From Octopus vulgaris (lineage: Eukaryota): DNA of 64,000 nt. Below the pieces are notes generated by a model. That model did no database searches, was not told the origin of the DNA, and saw only the letters and a program-made list of their open reading frames with translations. A program made the position numbers and the translations under genes. Each line of letters opens with the position of its first letter. Position 1 is the first letter of the stretch. Shown one piece after another: positions 15,212 through 27,600 of this stretch. Location: NCBI GenBank assembly GCA_951406725.2, contig OX597837.1:16740001-16804000 (forward strand), written 5' to 3'.

Positions 15212-17122
15212 TGGCGCGGGTGGGGCTTTGATCAATTTAGATCAGAGTAAAGCCTTCAATAGGGTCAACCATCGATACCTAGCAGCTGTTCTCAAGGCAG
15301 CCGGCTTCAGTCCAGTCTTCCGCAGGTGGATCACTGCTTTATACTGCAACATCTGCTCGGTAATATGGGTGAACAGTCACCTTTCAGAGCCGTTTGACAT
15401 CTCGCATTCAGTCTGCCAAGGATGCCCTCTCTCCTCCCTCTTGTACGTTTTGACCCTTGAGCCATTACTGCACAAGTTGGATGCTTTGAGGGGTATCCTG
15501 CACGATCTAGGAGGTGGAAACAGCGTGTCTGCCTATCCGATGACGTCACCGTGATGGTGTCGAGTCACAGGCACATTGACCTGATCGACGAGATGCTGAA
15601 CGAGTACGAAGCAGTGACAGGGGCAAAGATTAACGCGGAAAAGTCTGTGGGCTTGCAACTAGTCACCTGGAGAGGCAAGTCCATGCCGTCCAACAGCGTC
15701 GTAGGGCACTGGACAGACGGACCCGTTAAACTGCTTGAGGTCTGGTTCGGTCCGGACCTCCAAGAGGATAAAAACTGGGAAGAAGTGACGAGCAGGGTGG
15801 CCAATCTCACCCAGAAATGGGCCGAGAGGAAGTTGTCCCTGAAAGGTCGGGCGGAGGTGGCGAATGCGTACATCGCATCCGTCATCTATTACCGCTTGAC
15901 CATCGTTCCTTGTCCCAACCGCTGGTAGGCCAAGCTGCTACGCTTGCTCTTCAGCTTTTTGTGGAAGGGTCAGGTACCACTGGTCAGGCGATCCATCTGC
16001 TGTCAACGACCGCTGAACGGAGGCCTTGGCATGCCGTGATTACTAATGTGCAGACATGCGCTCAGGCTACGGCATCTCAAGTGTTTCCTAGACGGTGAAC
16101 AGGTGTGGTCATCTTTTGTCAGAGCTGCAGACCTGGATCAAACGCAGACTGAGAAAGGGCGCTTGGCACCTCGAGTGCCGTCAAGCTCTCTCCGCCCTCC
16201 GCGAAGCGGGCAATGCGATCGGTAGTAGTTCCACTCTAGTGTTCTATAGAGAGTTAGTGGAAGAAAAGTGCGACGACGTTCTCGGGGAAACTCTAGGCTT
16301 GACGATAATGAGCTGAGCAGTCTGTTCGAGAGGACTTTCGGGCCGGGGCCAATGGATAATTTCCAGAGGTCCCTCGCCTGGCAGTGTTACCGAGGGGCTC
16401 TGCCTGTTCGGCATAAACTCTACTGGCACGGAAGTGCCGTCAGCCCAAGGTGCTGCTAGGACGATGAAACCATCCTGCACGCACTCGTCCAGTATCCGAG
16501 TATTGCTGAACTATGGGTTTATGTCGAACAGCTACTGTCGCATATAGGACGGATCTGGCTATCAGCTGAATCCATAGAGAAGATTATCCCGCCGACCTCC
16601 TTTAACCGGGAGGGCAAGGCAGTTTTCCTTTGCCTAGTGGCTGTAGCGAAAGAGGTGGTATGGTGGACCTGTTTGAAAGGGCTAAGATTAGACATTTTCC
16701 TCTTTGGCCCAAGCTTTATTAACTTTTTCAAGTTTCACTTGAAAAGGAAGATGAGAGTTGAGAGGGAAGTGCTGTCCGATAGCAAATTTAATGAAAGGTG
16801 GATAAATGTCGCAAGAATGGCCAGTGTGAAAGGAGCCATTCTGAGGTTACACCTGTGATTTAAAAAGGTATTACAAAAGGAGAAAGGGGCTCTCTACCCC
16901 CCCTTTTTTTTTTACCAGGCTCCCGTTGGCTTTTATGGGTTTTTTCCACCAGGAACCTTTCGTAATGCCCCCCCTTTTGGGAGATTTTCATTGTTATAAT
17001 CTTTCGTTGTTTAAACTGTTTTTTACTCGATCTTACAAACGGACAAAACCCTTTGTAACCTTTATTCCTGTTTTGTCCCTTTATGTGATAATTGATTTTT
17101 GTCAGCCCTTGTGGCCAATAAA
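15212..17122 (+). mobile_element. 5'-truncated Tx1/L1-type LINE (copy B; close relative of the intact copy)
   Basis: INLDQSKAFNRVNH, QGCPLSSLLY, KLSLKGRAEVANAYIAS nearly identical to 38654-41524; frameshifts and stops; 3' UTR ends GGCCAATAAA; starts right after ATTATTATTAATTATT. Confidence 0.93.
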
Positions 17123-17213
17123 CCACGAACGCAAAAGATGAAGCATCACAGATAAGCATTCCTTTAAATTCAACCCGTTAACTACCTAGTATTATTTCTG
17201 CGCAATTGATTAG

Positions 17214-17419
17214 CCCTTTTAGTTTATCTCTATTCTGTTTTACTCTGTCTATCTCAGCCTCACGCCTCATGTTAAATGTATAATTCTATAGTTCCTTCTT
17301 ACTTATCGATGTCTAACCCTTTTAGTTTCTCTCTATTCGGTTTTATTCTGTTTATTTCAGCTTCACGTCTCATGTTCAATATATAACTCTATAGTTCCTT
17401 CTTACTTATCGATGTCTAA
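17214..17419. repeat. Tandem duplication, 2 x 103 bp
   Basis: CCCTTTTAGTTT...CTTACTTATCGATGTCTAA at 17214-17316 and 17317-17419. Confidence 0.85.
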
Positions 17420-17679
17420 ATGTCTCTTAATACCTACAACGAAGTATTCCTTCTCAAAGTGATGAGATGCGCCCCTTCATGGCTGCTAGTTTTCGCGTCC
17501 ACCTTTACCGGAAGTCCCAATTTTGTCATCCATGAACACTTTAAAAGGCTTACGCCACCCCACCCCCTGCTATATAAGGTAGTGATCATACAGTGCAAAA
17601 TATGATAGTGTAGTGTACGCGTTTTGAACTTAAGTCTATTATTTGTCAATGACTCCTACCAAATGCGAGTTTTCTTTTC

Positions 17680-20600
17680 AGGTAAATGAAGCTACTGTCC
17701 CCCGTCCCAAGGTCCCTAGGGCCCATACCTGCCACACCCTCAGGGTTGGCACCCTCAACGTTGGCACACTGAAAGGTAGGTCTGGTGAGATTGTTGAGAT
17801 GCTTGAACGGAGATGTGTCGATATGTGTTGCATCCAAGAAGTGAGGTGGAGAGGAGGTTCTGCTAGGTTCCTCACAGGCAAAGAACTCAGGTACAAGATG
17901 TTCTGGGCTGGAAACACTGACGGGGTCGGGGGCGTGGGTATACTTCTCGCTAAAAAATGGGTAGATAAGGTAATTGAGGTAGTCAGAGTATGCGACAGAA
18001 TACTTAAGATTAGATTAGTGCTTCATCATGGATTAGCAACCATTAAATCGGCCTATGCCCCTCAGCCAGGGCTACCCAATGGACAGAAAGACCGATTCTA
18101 TGACACCCTACTGCAGACTACCTTGTTGACGAACGACGGGGACCTTCTCTTTGTGGCTGGTGACTTCAATGAGCATGTTGGACAACATGCTGGGAGCTTC
18201 CATGGGGTAAATGGAGGCTACGGTTATGGTTCCCGCAACGAGGAGGGAACCAGGCTGCTGGAGTTCTGCGATGCGAATGATCTTATGGTTTGCAACACTA
18301 ACTTCAGGAAACCTACCAGCCACCTAGTCACCTATCGATCGGGCCGACATACTAGCCAAATTGACTACATCCTTGCCAGAAAAAGGGAAAGATGGCTGCT
18401 TATAAATGCCAAAACCTTCCCATGCGAAGAATGTACCCCACAACATAGACTGGTAGTTAGTGACTTTAGGATCAGGACTAAGAGGACGACCAGCATGGAG
18501 AAGAAGGGTCTGGAAGCTTAAAGATCCTGCGAATGGACAGAGATTTAGAGACATGTTACTTGAAGCCTTTGACGAAATAGAAGGGGATATAGCTTCACAT
18601 GGGGTAGAAGACAACTGGAGGTTTCTAAGGGACAACCTGCTGAGAGCCACTGACCAGATCTGTGGTTGGTGCAAAGTCCCCTCTCGACCCAAAATAACAT
18701 GGTGGTGGAACAATATTGTTGACAGGGCTATTAGACAAAATAAACAGGCTTGGAAGGACAGGAAGAACAGTGGTAGCAAGGAATTGTATCAGACTGCCAG
18801 AAGGGAAGCTAGGAGGCAGGTGTATTTAGCCAGAGGGGAAGCATATAAGAAAAAATTGCCAATGTTCTGCACACCGTGAGGACGAAAGACTTGAGGTATT
18901 TCATGTTGCAAAACAGTGTGTGAGAGAGAATCGTAATGTGGTAGGAGAGACATGTGTTCGCATGGATGATGGTTCACTTGCGCTAAATGAGGATGCAAAG
19001 AGAGTGGTTGGGAGACGAAATTATGAAAGGTTGCTGAATAAAGAAAATGCATGGGATAAAGAGAGTCTGCCGAATGTCGACCCAACAGAGGGACCAACTA
19101 TCTGTGTTGACAGTTCCTTGGTAGTCAAGGCAATTAGAAGCATGAAGACAGGGAAAGCCCCAGGCCCATCAGAAATTACTGTAGAGATGCTCAAAATATC
19201 TGACAGTGTCGGCTATAGCCTAGTCACCCGTATAGTTAACCAGGTGATACACGAAGGAGTCATACCCAATGACTGGTGTAGCAGCATAATAGTTAACTGC
19301 TACAAAGGTAAAGGTGACGCCCTAGATACAAATAATTGCAGAGGTATCAAGTTGTTGGATCAGGTAATGAAGGTTACGGAGAGGGTCATAGCCCAACTTA
19401 TTAGGGAGGGAGTCAACTTGGATGAGATGCAGTTTGGTTTCGTGCCAGGGAAAAGCACCACTGATGCCATATTTCTCATAAGACAGCTGCAGGGGAAATA
19501 CCTAGCCAAAGATAAGCCCCTGTACCTGGCTTTCGTTGACATGGAGAAAGCCTTTGACAGGGTCCCCCGATCCCTTATCTGGTGGTCAGTGAGGAAACTA
19601 GGGATAGATGAATGGTTAGTGAGAGCTGTGCAAACCATGTACAGGGACGCTGTAAGTAAGGTAAGGGTTGGCAACGAGTACACTGAAGAATTCAAGGTAG
19701 AGATTGGGGTCCACCAGGGTTCAGTCCTCAGCCCCCTCCTACTTATCATAGTCCTCCAGGCAATAACGGAGGAATTCAAGACAGGATGCCCCTGGGAGCT
19801 CCTCTATGCTGATGACCTTGCTCTAATCACTGAGTTGCTATCGGAACTAGAGGAGAAGTTTCAAGTGTGGAAACAAGGATTAGAATTGAAGGGCCTTAGA
19901 ATCAACCTAGCTAAAACCAAAGTCCTAATAAGTAGGAAGGCAGGCAAACCACAAATCCCTTCAGGTAGATGGCCCTGCTCAATATGTAGTAGAGGTGTAG
20001 GTAGGAACTCTATAAGATGTACCCAGTGTAAGCTATGGACACATAAGAGGTGCAGTAATATCAAAGGAAGGCTAACTGGGAAGATAGTTTTTGTATGTGG
20101 CAGATGCTCGGGAGCGATAAACACTGAAAATGCGCAGAGACCAACTTCTGCCACATTCTTGGGAGAAAAACTAGAAGTAGTTGATAGCTTCCGTTATCTA
20201 GGTGACCAAATCAGTATCGGAGGAGGGTGCACTGAAAGTGTAACTGCTAGAATAAGAATAGCTTGGGCAAAGTTCAGAGAGCTCTTACCTCTGCTGGTGA
20301 CAAAGGGCCTCATGCTCAGAGTAAAAGGTAGACTGTATGATGCATGTGTACGAACAGCCATGCTACATGGCAGTGAAACATGGGCTGTGACTGCTGAGGA
20401 TATGCGTAAGCTCGCAAGGAATGAAGCCAGTATGATCCGATGGATGTGTAATGTCAGTGTGCATACTCAACAGAGTGTAAGTACCTTGAGAGAAAAGTTG
20501 GACCTAAGAAGCATTAGGTGTGGTGTGCAAGAGAGACGACTGCACTGGTATGGTCATGTGGTGAGAATGGATGAGGATAACTGCGTGGAAGAGGTAGACC

Positions 20601-21345
20601 CAGGAAGACCTGGGATGAAGTAGTGAAGCACGACCTTCGGACATTAGGCCTCACCACGGAAATGATTAGCGACTGAAACCTTTGGAAATATGCTGTGCTC
20701 GATAAGACCTGGCAAACCAGATGAAACCATAGCCCATGGCCTATGCTAGGAGCATAACCAGCCCGCTTATGCGTAGCTTTTCCTTCTTTGGTCACTAAAC
20801 TTTTGCTTGCGAAGACCTGTTGAGGCAAGTGAAATCAAAATCATTTTGATGACTGGCATCCATGCTAGCGGGGTGCAAAGAGCACCATACGAGTGTGATC
20901 ATTGACAGAGCGGCTATTCGAGTATGATCGTTACCAGCGTCGCCTTACTAGCACTTATGCCTGTGCTAGTAGGGTGCCAAGAACACTATCCGAGCGTGAT
21001 CGTTGTGATCGTTGCCAGAGCAGCCAACTGGCTTCCGTACCCGTGGCACGTAAAAGGGCACCATTCGAGCGTGATCGTTACCAACGTCGCTTCACTGGCA
21101 CCTGTGTCGGTGGCACATGTAAAAAGATTCGAGCGAGGTCATTGCCAGTACTGCCTGACTGGCCCCTGTGCAGGTGGCACGTAAAAAGCACCCACTACAC
21201 TCTCGGAGTGGTTGGCGTTAGGAAAGGCATCCAGCTGTAGAAACTCTGCCACATCAAGACTGGAGCCTGGTGCAGCTATCTGGTTGCCAGCCCTCAGTCA
21301 AAACTGTCCAACCCATGCTAGCATGGAAAACGGACGTTAAATGAT
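17680..21345 (+). mobile_element. Near full-length RTE-clade LINE (APE + RT + Cys-rich insert), disrupted
   Basis: APE ORF 17643-18521 (GTLNVGTL, IQEVRW, SAYAPQ, GDFNEHVG, SQIDYIL, PQHRLVV); RT ORF 18920-20623 (QFGFVPG, DMEKAFDRV, GVHQGSVLSP, LYADD); frameshifts near 18480, 18855 and 20590; long repeat-containing 3' tail. Confidence 0.95.
18920..20623 (+). CDS. RTE reverse transcriptase ORF fragment (567 aa) with PHD-like Cys/His cluster
   Basis: YADD catalytic motif; CSIC..RCTQCKLWTHKRC..CGRC after the RT domain. Confidence 0.85.
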   Translation: MRENRNVVGETCVRMDDGSLALNEDAKRVVGRRNYERLLNKENAWDKESLPNVDPTEGPTICVDSSLVVKAIRSMKTGKAPGPSEITVEMLKISDSVGYSLVTRIVNQVIHEGVIPNDWCSSIIVNCYKGKGDALDTNNCRGIKLLDQVMKVTERVIAQLIREGVNLDEMQFGFVPGKSTTDAIFLIRQLQGKYLAKDKPLYLAFVDMEKAFDRVPRSLIWWSVRKLGIDEWLVRAVQTMYRDAVSKVRVGNEYTEEFKVEIGVHQGSVLSPLLLIIVLQAITEEFKTGCPWELLYADDLALITELLSELEEKFQVWKQGLELKGLRINLAKTKVLISRKAGKPQIPSGRWPCSICSRGVGRNSIRCTQCKLWTHKRCSNIKGRLTGKIVFVCGRCSGAINTENAQRPTSATFLGEKLEVVDSFRYLGDQISIGGGCTESVTARIRIAWAKFRELLPLLVTKGLMLRVKGRLYDACVRTAMLHGSETWAVTAEDMRKLARNEASMIRWMCNVSVHTQQSVSTLREKLDLRSIRCGVQERRLHWYGHVVRMDEDNCVEEVDPGRPGMK

Positions 21346-21378
21346 TATTATTATTATTATCATTATTATTATTATTAT

Positions 21379-24122
21379 ACACTCAACAGATTAGACTGTT
21401 GGAAAAGAAAAGAATCCTAACATTGAGCTACCACATGTAGCCTTAGATAGCAAGAACCCTTCTATTGGGTTACAGCAAGTAACCATTGATGCCAAGAACT
21501 CTCCTATGTATCCTAGCTGTCCCTAATAACACTGTTTTCTGCAACTGTACTAAACTGGATTTTATGCCTATTTCCTCTATCCATCTGTTCAGATCTTTAG
21601 GGATAGTTCCCATTGCACCTATAACTAATGGGATACATTTCACCTGCACTTTCCATAGTCTCTGTAATTCAATAGCTAGGTCCTGGAACTTTGCTATTTT
21701 TTTCTATACTTCTCAAATTAATTTTTTCATCATTTATCTACTACTACCACCAAGTCAGGCCTTCTAGCTTCTACTACTCTATCAGTCTGAATGTTAAAGT
21801 TCCACAATATCTTGTACTTCTTACTTTCTAGTGTTTTACAAGATCCATGTTCATACCATTTATCAGTATGTTCAAATTCTAGCTTTCTACAAAGTGGATT
21901 GTTCTCCCTACATTGTCATGTCTTATATTCCTTCTGTGCCAACATGCTATATTCACTTACTAAATGAATAATACTTTCCTCTTTTGATTTGCATAATCTA
22001 CATTGGGAATCTACTTGGTTTTTGTCCATTTTGGCTTCTATCCAATTAGTCTTTAATGCTTGATCTTGTGCAGCTACTAATAAACTTTCTGTCTCCCTTT
22101 TTAGCCTTCCTTTCTGCAGCCATAAACATATCTCACTACTACTATTTGCTGAAACTATCTTTGGGTATCTACCATGCAAAGCCTTCTCCTGCCAGTCAGA
22201 TAATTTCTGTTCTTTTTACTGGTTTTTAAGCTCGTTTTGTGCTTTGGTTTCCCTATATCTTGCTGTGACTGTAGCAGCTTTTAATAAACTTACTTCACTA
22301 TTACCTACATAGGAGTCTATATCTACTCTAGTTAACTCCATACAGTCTTCTGCTGCTATCAACCCTCTTTCACCTTCCTTTCTAGGTCGCTATAATATTG
22401 CTACTCCTGCCCTTGGGTGGAGTCCTCCATTCATATTGAATTCCTTCCTAGTTCTTCTGTCTAACTTTGCTAATTGATGTGTTTTTGTCCAATCTACAAA
22501 AGCTGCTGAGTATCTAAGTAATGATATTTCAGTAGATTCGGACCATTTAGCTTTGACTTCATTAGCTTCTTCACACTTCTGATGTACTCCTTCTCAATTT
22601 TCATTATCATTTCTGTAGTTAGTACTCCGTCAGATTCTAATACTCCTAGATACTTATAACTCTCAACTCCTTTCAATGATTTTAATGTCTGGTCATCTGG
22701 TAATTGGCTGTAGACTACCTGTTCTCTTCTCATGACTAAAATTGCACACTTATCTATGCCAAATTCCATACCTATATCTTTACTGAAGAGTCTTATAGTC
22801 TGTATTAAGGAATCTATCTCTTTTTCATTTTTACTTAAAAGCTTCAGGTCATCCATGTAGAACAAATGGTTAATTTTTCCATTACTATTTCTGAACTGAT
22901 ACCCTGCTTTTGCCTTCCTTAATACTAAACTGAGAGGGATCAAATATAAGACAAATATTAAAGGGGACAATGAGTCCCCCTGGAAAATACCTCTTTTGGT
23001 ATTAACTTACTCTAAGAGTGTGTCACCTGAGTATAGATCTACATTCCATTTCTTCATGCTAAAGCTAATTAATTCTCTTATGTTGTCTGCTATACTGAAC
23101 ATACTCAAACATTTACTTATCCATGAGTGTGGCATCATGTCATAGGCTTTCCTATAATCTATTCATGCTATTGTTAGCTTTTTCTTACTAGCAATTACTT
23201 CATTTAGAACTGCTTTGTCTATGTATAATAGACCATGCGTTCCTCTAGACTTCTTCCTGCAACCTTTCTGTTCTTCTGGCAGTAAATTCTGGTTGTTACG
23301 GTGCTCGTAAATGCTTTCTGAAAGCATTCTTGTTAACAGCTTCCACACTAATGGTAAGCAAGTGTTTGGTCTATAGTTGCTAGCTATATTACCCTTCATA
23401 ATGAATATTGTCCTCCCTCTAGCCATCCAATCTGGTATTATTCCTCCATTAAGGCAATCCTGAAGTTGTTTCCTCAGCCTCCCATATAAACTACCGAATT
23501 TCTTTAGCCAGTACCCTTGAACTAAATCTGTTCCTGGGCCCTTCCAATTTAGTATTTTTCATAACACTTTACTCATTAATGCACTAGTTAATCTTAGATC
23601 TGGCTGCTTCTCACTCACTATTTGTTCCGTCAGTTTCTTTAACCATACTGCATCTCTATTATGATTGACTGGTTTATCCCAAATATTACTCCAGAACTTT
23701 CTAGCTTCCTTTGCTTTAGGTTTCTCATGTTCAATACTTCATTCTCTACTATTTATTTGGTTATAAAATCTCCTTTGGTCTGTCTCAAATAATCTATTCT
23801 ATTTATACTGATCTATTCTTTTCTGATATCTGGAGAGCTTGCCTGCAACTGCTATGATATGCTGTTTTAAATCTTCTATTATTGTCCCAAGTCCTTTCTC
23901 TTTGACTAAGTATCTTTCCTTGAGGCAAGATTTGCCTCTTGTGTTTCCTAACTTGTTTGTTTTCCAGGCTTCTATTCTACCCAGATCTCGTCTCAAAGTC
24001 TCACTTTATTTTATAGTCTCCTTTTCCACATTTACTCTTTCTAAATCTTTCCCTATGAGATATCTAATCTTCTGGTGACTACTGCCCCTCCTGCATAGAT
24101 CAATAAGTTAGTGTCTTCTATA

Positions 24123-24126
<4 letters not shown>
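21379..24126 (-). mobile_element. 5'-truncated R4/Dong-type RLE LINE flanked by (TAA)n on both sides
   Basis: NYRPNTCLPLVWKLLT, EEQKGCRK, SPLIFVL, NHLFYMDDLKL, YKYLGV, AAQDQAL, CRLC..ESIIHLVSE; plus-strand (TTA)n at 21345-21378 and 24127-24194. Confidence 0.9.
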
Positions 24127-24194
<68 letters not shown>

Positions 24195-24197
<3 letters not shown>

Positions 24198-24600
24198 ATG
24201 GGTTTTCCCTTGTATGGTTGGCCTGTCTGTAAGGTTTGAAGACAGGCACTTTCCTATCTAGCTAAGCTCTCATCAATTTCTTCAAATATCATTTGAAGAT
24301 AAGGATAGAGAGGGAGTGCTGCCTTCTAGTGTGTTTATCAAAAGGTGGTCAAGAGTAGCAAGACTGGTGAGACTGAATGGATCAATTCTGAGTATGGTTT
24401 TTTAAGCAGGATGAAACAAGCTAAAAGAAAACATTCCCATACCTTGAAGACAGCAGAATAATCCGGGATTTTAACATGGGGTTGACCCTAATTACCGAAG
24501 TGAACTACCTCACTATTGGGAATTCTTGTCATTAATTACTTAATTATTGATTTCTCAAATTTCTGTTCATATATCCTTTGTTATATCCTTTTATATGGTA
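24195..24600 (+). mobile_element. 3' fragment of a divergent Tx1-type LINE (copy C); continues at 28718-28822 after the CR1 insertion
   Basis: AAGGTTTGAAGACAGGCACTTTCC..AGAGAGGGAGTGCTG..AAAAGGTGG aligns with the ORF2 end of copies A/B/D; 28795-28820 AGCCCTTGTGTTCAATGAAA resembles the family 3' end. Confidence 0.6.
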
Positions 24601-24604
24601 ATAT

Positions 24605-27600
24605 GTGCCTTCTCGCACATAAACACATTATTCACACATGTACAAACATGCGCAGACGCAATTATTGAAGTACTAAATGGCACGTCAAATGATATTTAGT
24701 CGTGTGGAACATTTTACATGCATATCAATATTCTAAAGTTGGACCTACTATCCCTTATCCTAAAGCTGCTTCAGACAATTAGGAAGGGTTCCCAACTCGT
24801 TTCAATCTTGGATTGTGATTCGGCTCAGCCCAAACTCTCTCAGATTTTGTCTGCTGTTGCCTACTCCTACAAGGATTGCAGCTGTTTTTTTTTGTTCCTG
24901 ATTTAACTCAGATTTGTCCTAGAGCCCATAGAAGATTGTTTTTAGTCAACCATCTATCATGTCAGCTACCTACAGATCGAAACTGAGATCTGCAAGAAGG
25001 GCTTCTCATCAAGATGATGGTCCTACCAATAGTCAGCTCAACGAGCAGTTGCTGTTGCTCAAACAAGAGGTCGAGCACCTAAAGTCTGTTGTTGCTCTTT
25101 TACTGAATAAACAGTCTCCTATTGATGCAGAGTCACCCTTGATTTCTTCCCTGGAGACGTCCAAACCGAAGGGAACAAAATCGAAGTGGCCAAAGAAGGC
25201 GAAGGAACCGGCGGTCGTTTCTGCACATGATCGTTCCTGTGCGGATTCTTCCTCATCTGCCTTTTCGGTCCCGGAGGTTCCCCAACCTAATTTGAGGAGC
25301 GTAGACTCAAACCCACCTGAAGACCGTTGTTCTCCCCAAAAGAAGAAACGTAGTCAAAACTCCAGTGGGGCAGATTTAGCTATGAAACCTGATCACGATA
25401 AAATCTGTTTGGATTCTCCCTCACTTGTCCTTCCCATTAATGCCATTGCTCAACCAATTCTGAACGATCTCGATGTGAGTTCATCTGGGGAGTGGTGCTC
25501 CCCCAAACCGAAGAAGAGGCAGTGCAGTTCCAAACCAGGCGGGAAAATTATGACCACTAAACCCATTCCGATCGACCCCACATGCCGACGTAAGTCTGAT
25601 GGCTATGAAACCACCCTTTCAAAATCATCCAATGAAGAATCGAATACCGCAGCTCATAGTAGAGAACATTTTGCCCACTCAAGATCAGCAATAATTTATG
25701 GTAAAGCTGAATCCACCTGTGATACAGGCATAAACCGCCTAAAAGAAGACATTAATTTTGTTTCCATTTTAGTTGGAGAATTGTTCTCTGTGAACGAAAA
25801 TGTCAGTATCCATAAGGTCGCTCGGCTAGGAAGATTCCAAGCGAACCCAACCTCAGATACTAGACCACGCCCAATAAGGGTAATCTTTTCTTCCGATCGG
25901 GAGGCTTCAGCCTTTCTGAACAGAGCTCAGACGCATGCCTGGGAGGACCCCAATATGGGTTTTCGCGAGGAATACTCACTGAGAGAGAGAATTCGCCGGA
26001 GAAACCTAATATCCGAACTAAAGATGAGGAAACAGATGGGAGAGAAGGGTTTACGCATCCAAGATGGACAAATAATCAAGTCCTACCTCTGGTCGCATGC
26101 TGTAGTGCTGACAGGGAAAGTGAAGTGAGGGCAAATCGAAGTGAAGTTGATACCCCCGTCAACGATGCTATCTCTGATACCCCTTATTCTGCTTGTTCCC
26201 CAACTCCCGCCCCTCAAACTTCACAGCTCAGCATCGTCTATACCAACTCGTGCTCCTTATTCCCAAAGTTCAGCGAACTATTTACACTGGCCATACGTGA
26301 CTCCCCTGATGTGATAGCTATCACCGAGACTTGGCTGACTCCAGCAGTAAAGGACTCAGAAATCCATCTACAGGGCTACGTCCTTTTCAGATGTGACAGA
26401 GAAAAAGGCGAGGTGGAGGTGTTGCTGTGTATGTCAAATCTGAGCACAAACCGTCCAGCGGTATTCTACCCACTAATGCTCAACCTACAACAAAATTCGA
26501 TGCCGTCTATTGCAAGCTGAGCCTATCCGAGTTTTGCCTGCCCGTGTTAGCTGTCTACAGGCCGCCTCTTGCCGACCCCCAGGACGATGCTCATTTACTC
26601 GAAGCGATAAGATTCGTTTCAGCTTCGCATGACTGTTTGGTACTAGGAGACTTCAACGCTCCCACGATCGATTGGCCCGCATCAATTTGTACAACATCTT
26701 CCCGGTTCGGCCAGGCCCTTCTTGACGTGGCTGAAGATTGTTTTCTATCGCAACATGTTGAATATCCGACAAGGCATCGGTCTGGGCAGCAGCCATCTAT
26801 GCTGGATCTGGTATTCTCCCGCTATCCAAGATCAGTGTCAGACGTATCTGTGTGCGCCCCTCTTGCCAAGAGTGATCATGCGGTCCTGAAGTTCGTCATG
26901 CACACAACTTTTTCTACGCCCACGACTACTTCGCTGCCACGTAGAGTCTTCTCTGCAATTAATCTTGAAATTCTAACCGAGGCTTCGCGCTTCTGGACTG
27001 GCGATCCCTGATGACGTTGTCCTCAGTTGACGAACTATGGTCATCCCTCAAAGCATATGTAATCTGGTTGACTGTCCAGGCAGTTCCCGTTGGGCTTCCC
27101 AAGAAGAAGAAACACAAGCCCTGGGTGACGAAGGTTAAACGAGAACGTCGACTCAGAGATATTGCTTGGGCTGAATTCAAAAATCTGGATTCGACTGCAG
27201 CTTTTGAGGTGTACAAAACTCAACGAGACTGAGCCGTGAAAATTGAAAAGGAAGAACGCTTCAGTTATGAATACAAAATCGCGGCAAATGCCAGTAGCAA
27301 TCCAAAAACCTTCTTTGCCCATGTCCAACGGAATTCCCGCTTGAACAACCAGATTGCAACGTTGGTAGACTCAACAGGCGTATCGATTGAGGACCCTTAT
27401 CAACAGAGTCAATTATTTGCCGAGGCTTTTTCAACTATTTTCAAACAAGATGATGGTCGTGAACCCCCTCCATTTGATAGATCGGTACCTCCAATGCCTA
27501 GATTGGTCATCACGCGGGACGAAGTCAAACGTGTTATTCAAGGCCTCGATGTCAACAAGGGTCACGGCCCTGACGGCATACACCCACGGGTTATCAAAGC

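Noticed and set aside
20890-21190. Repeat-spacer-like pattern suggestive of CRISPR
   Set aside because: Repeats are irregular and diverged, lie in a LINE 3' tail, and there are no cas genes; eukaryotic context.
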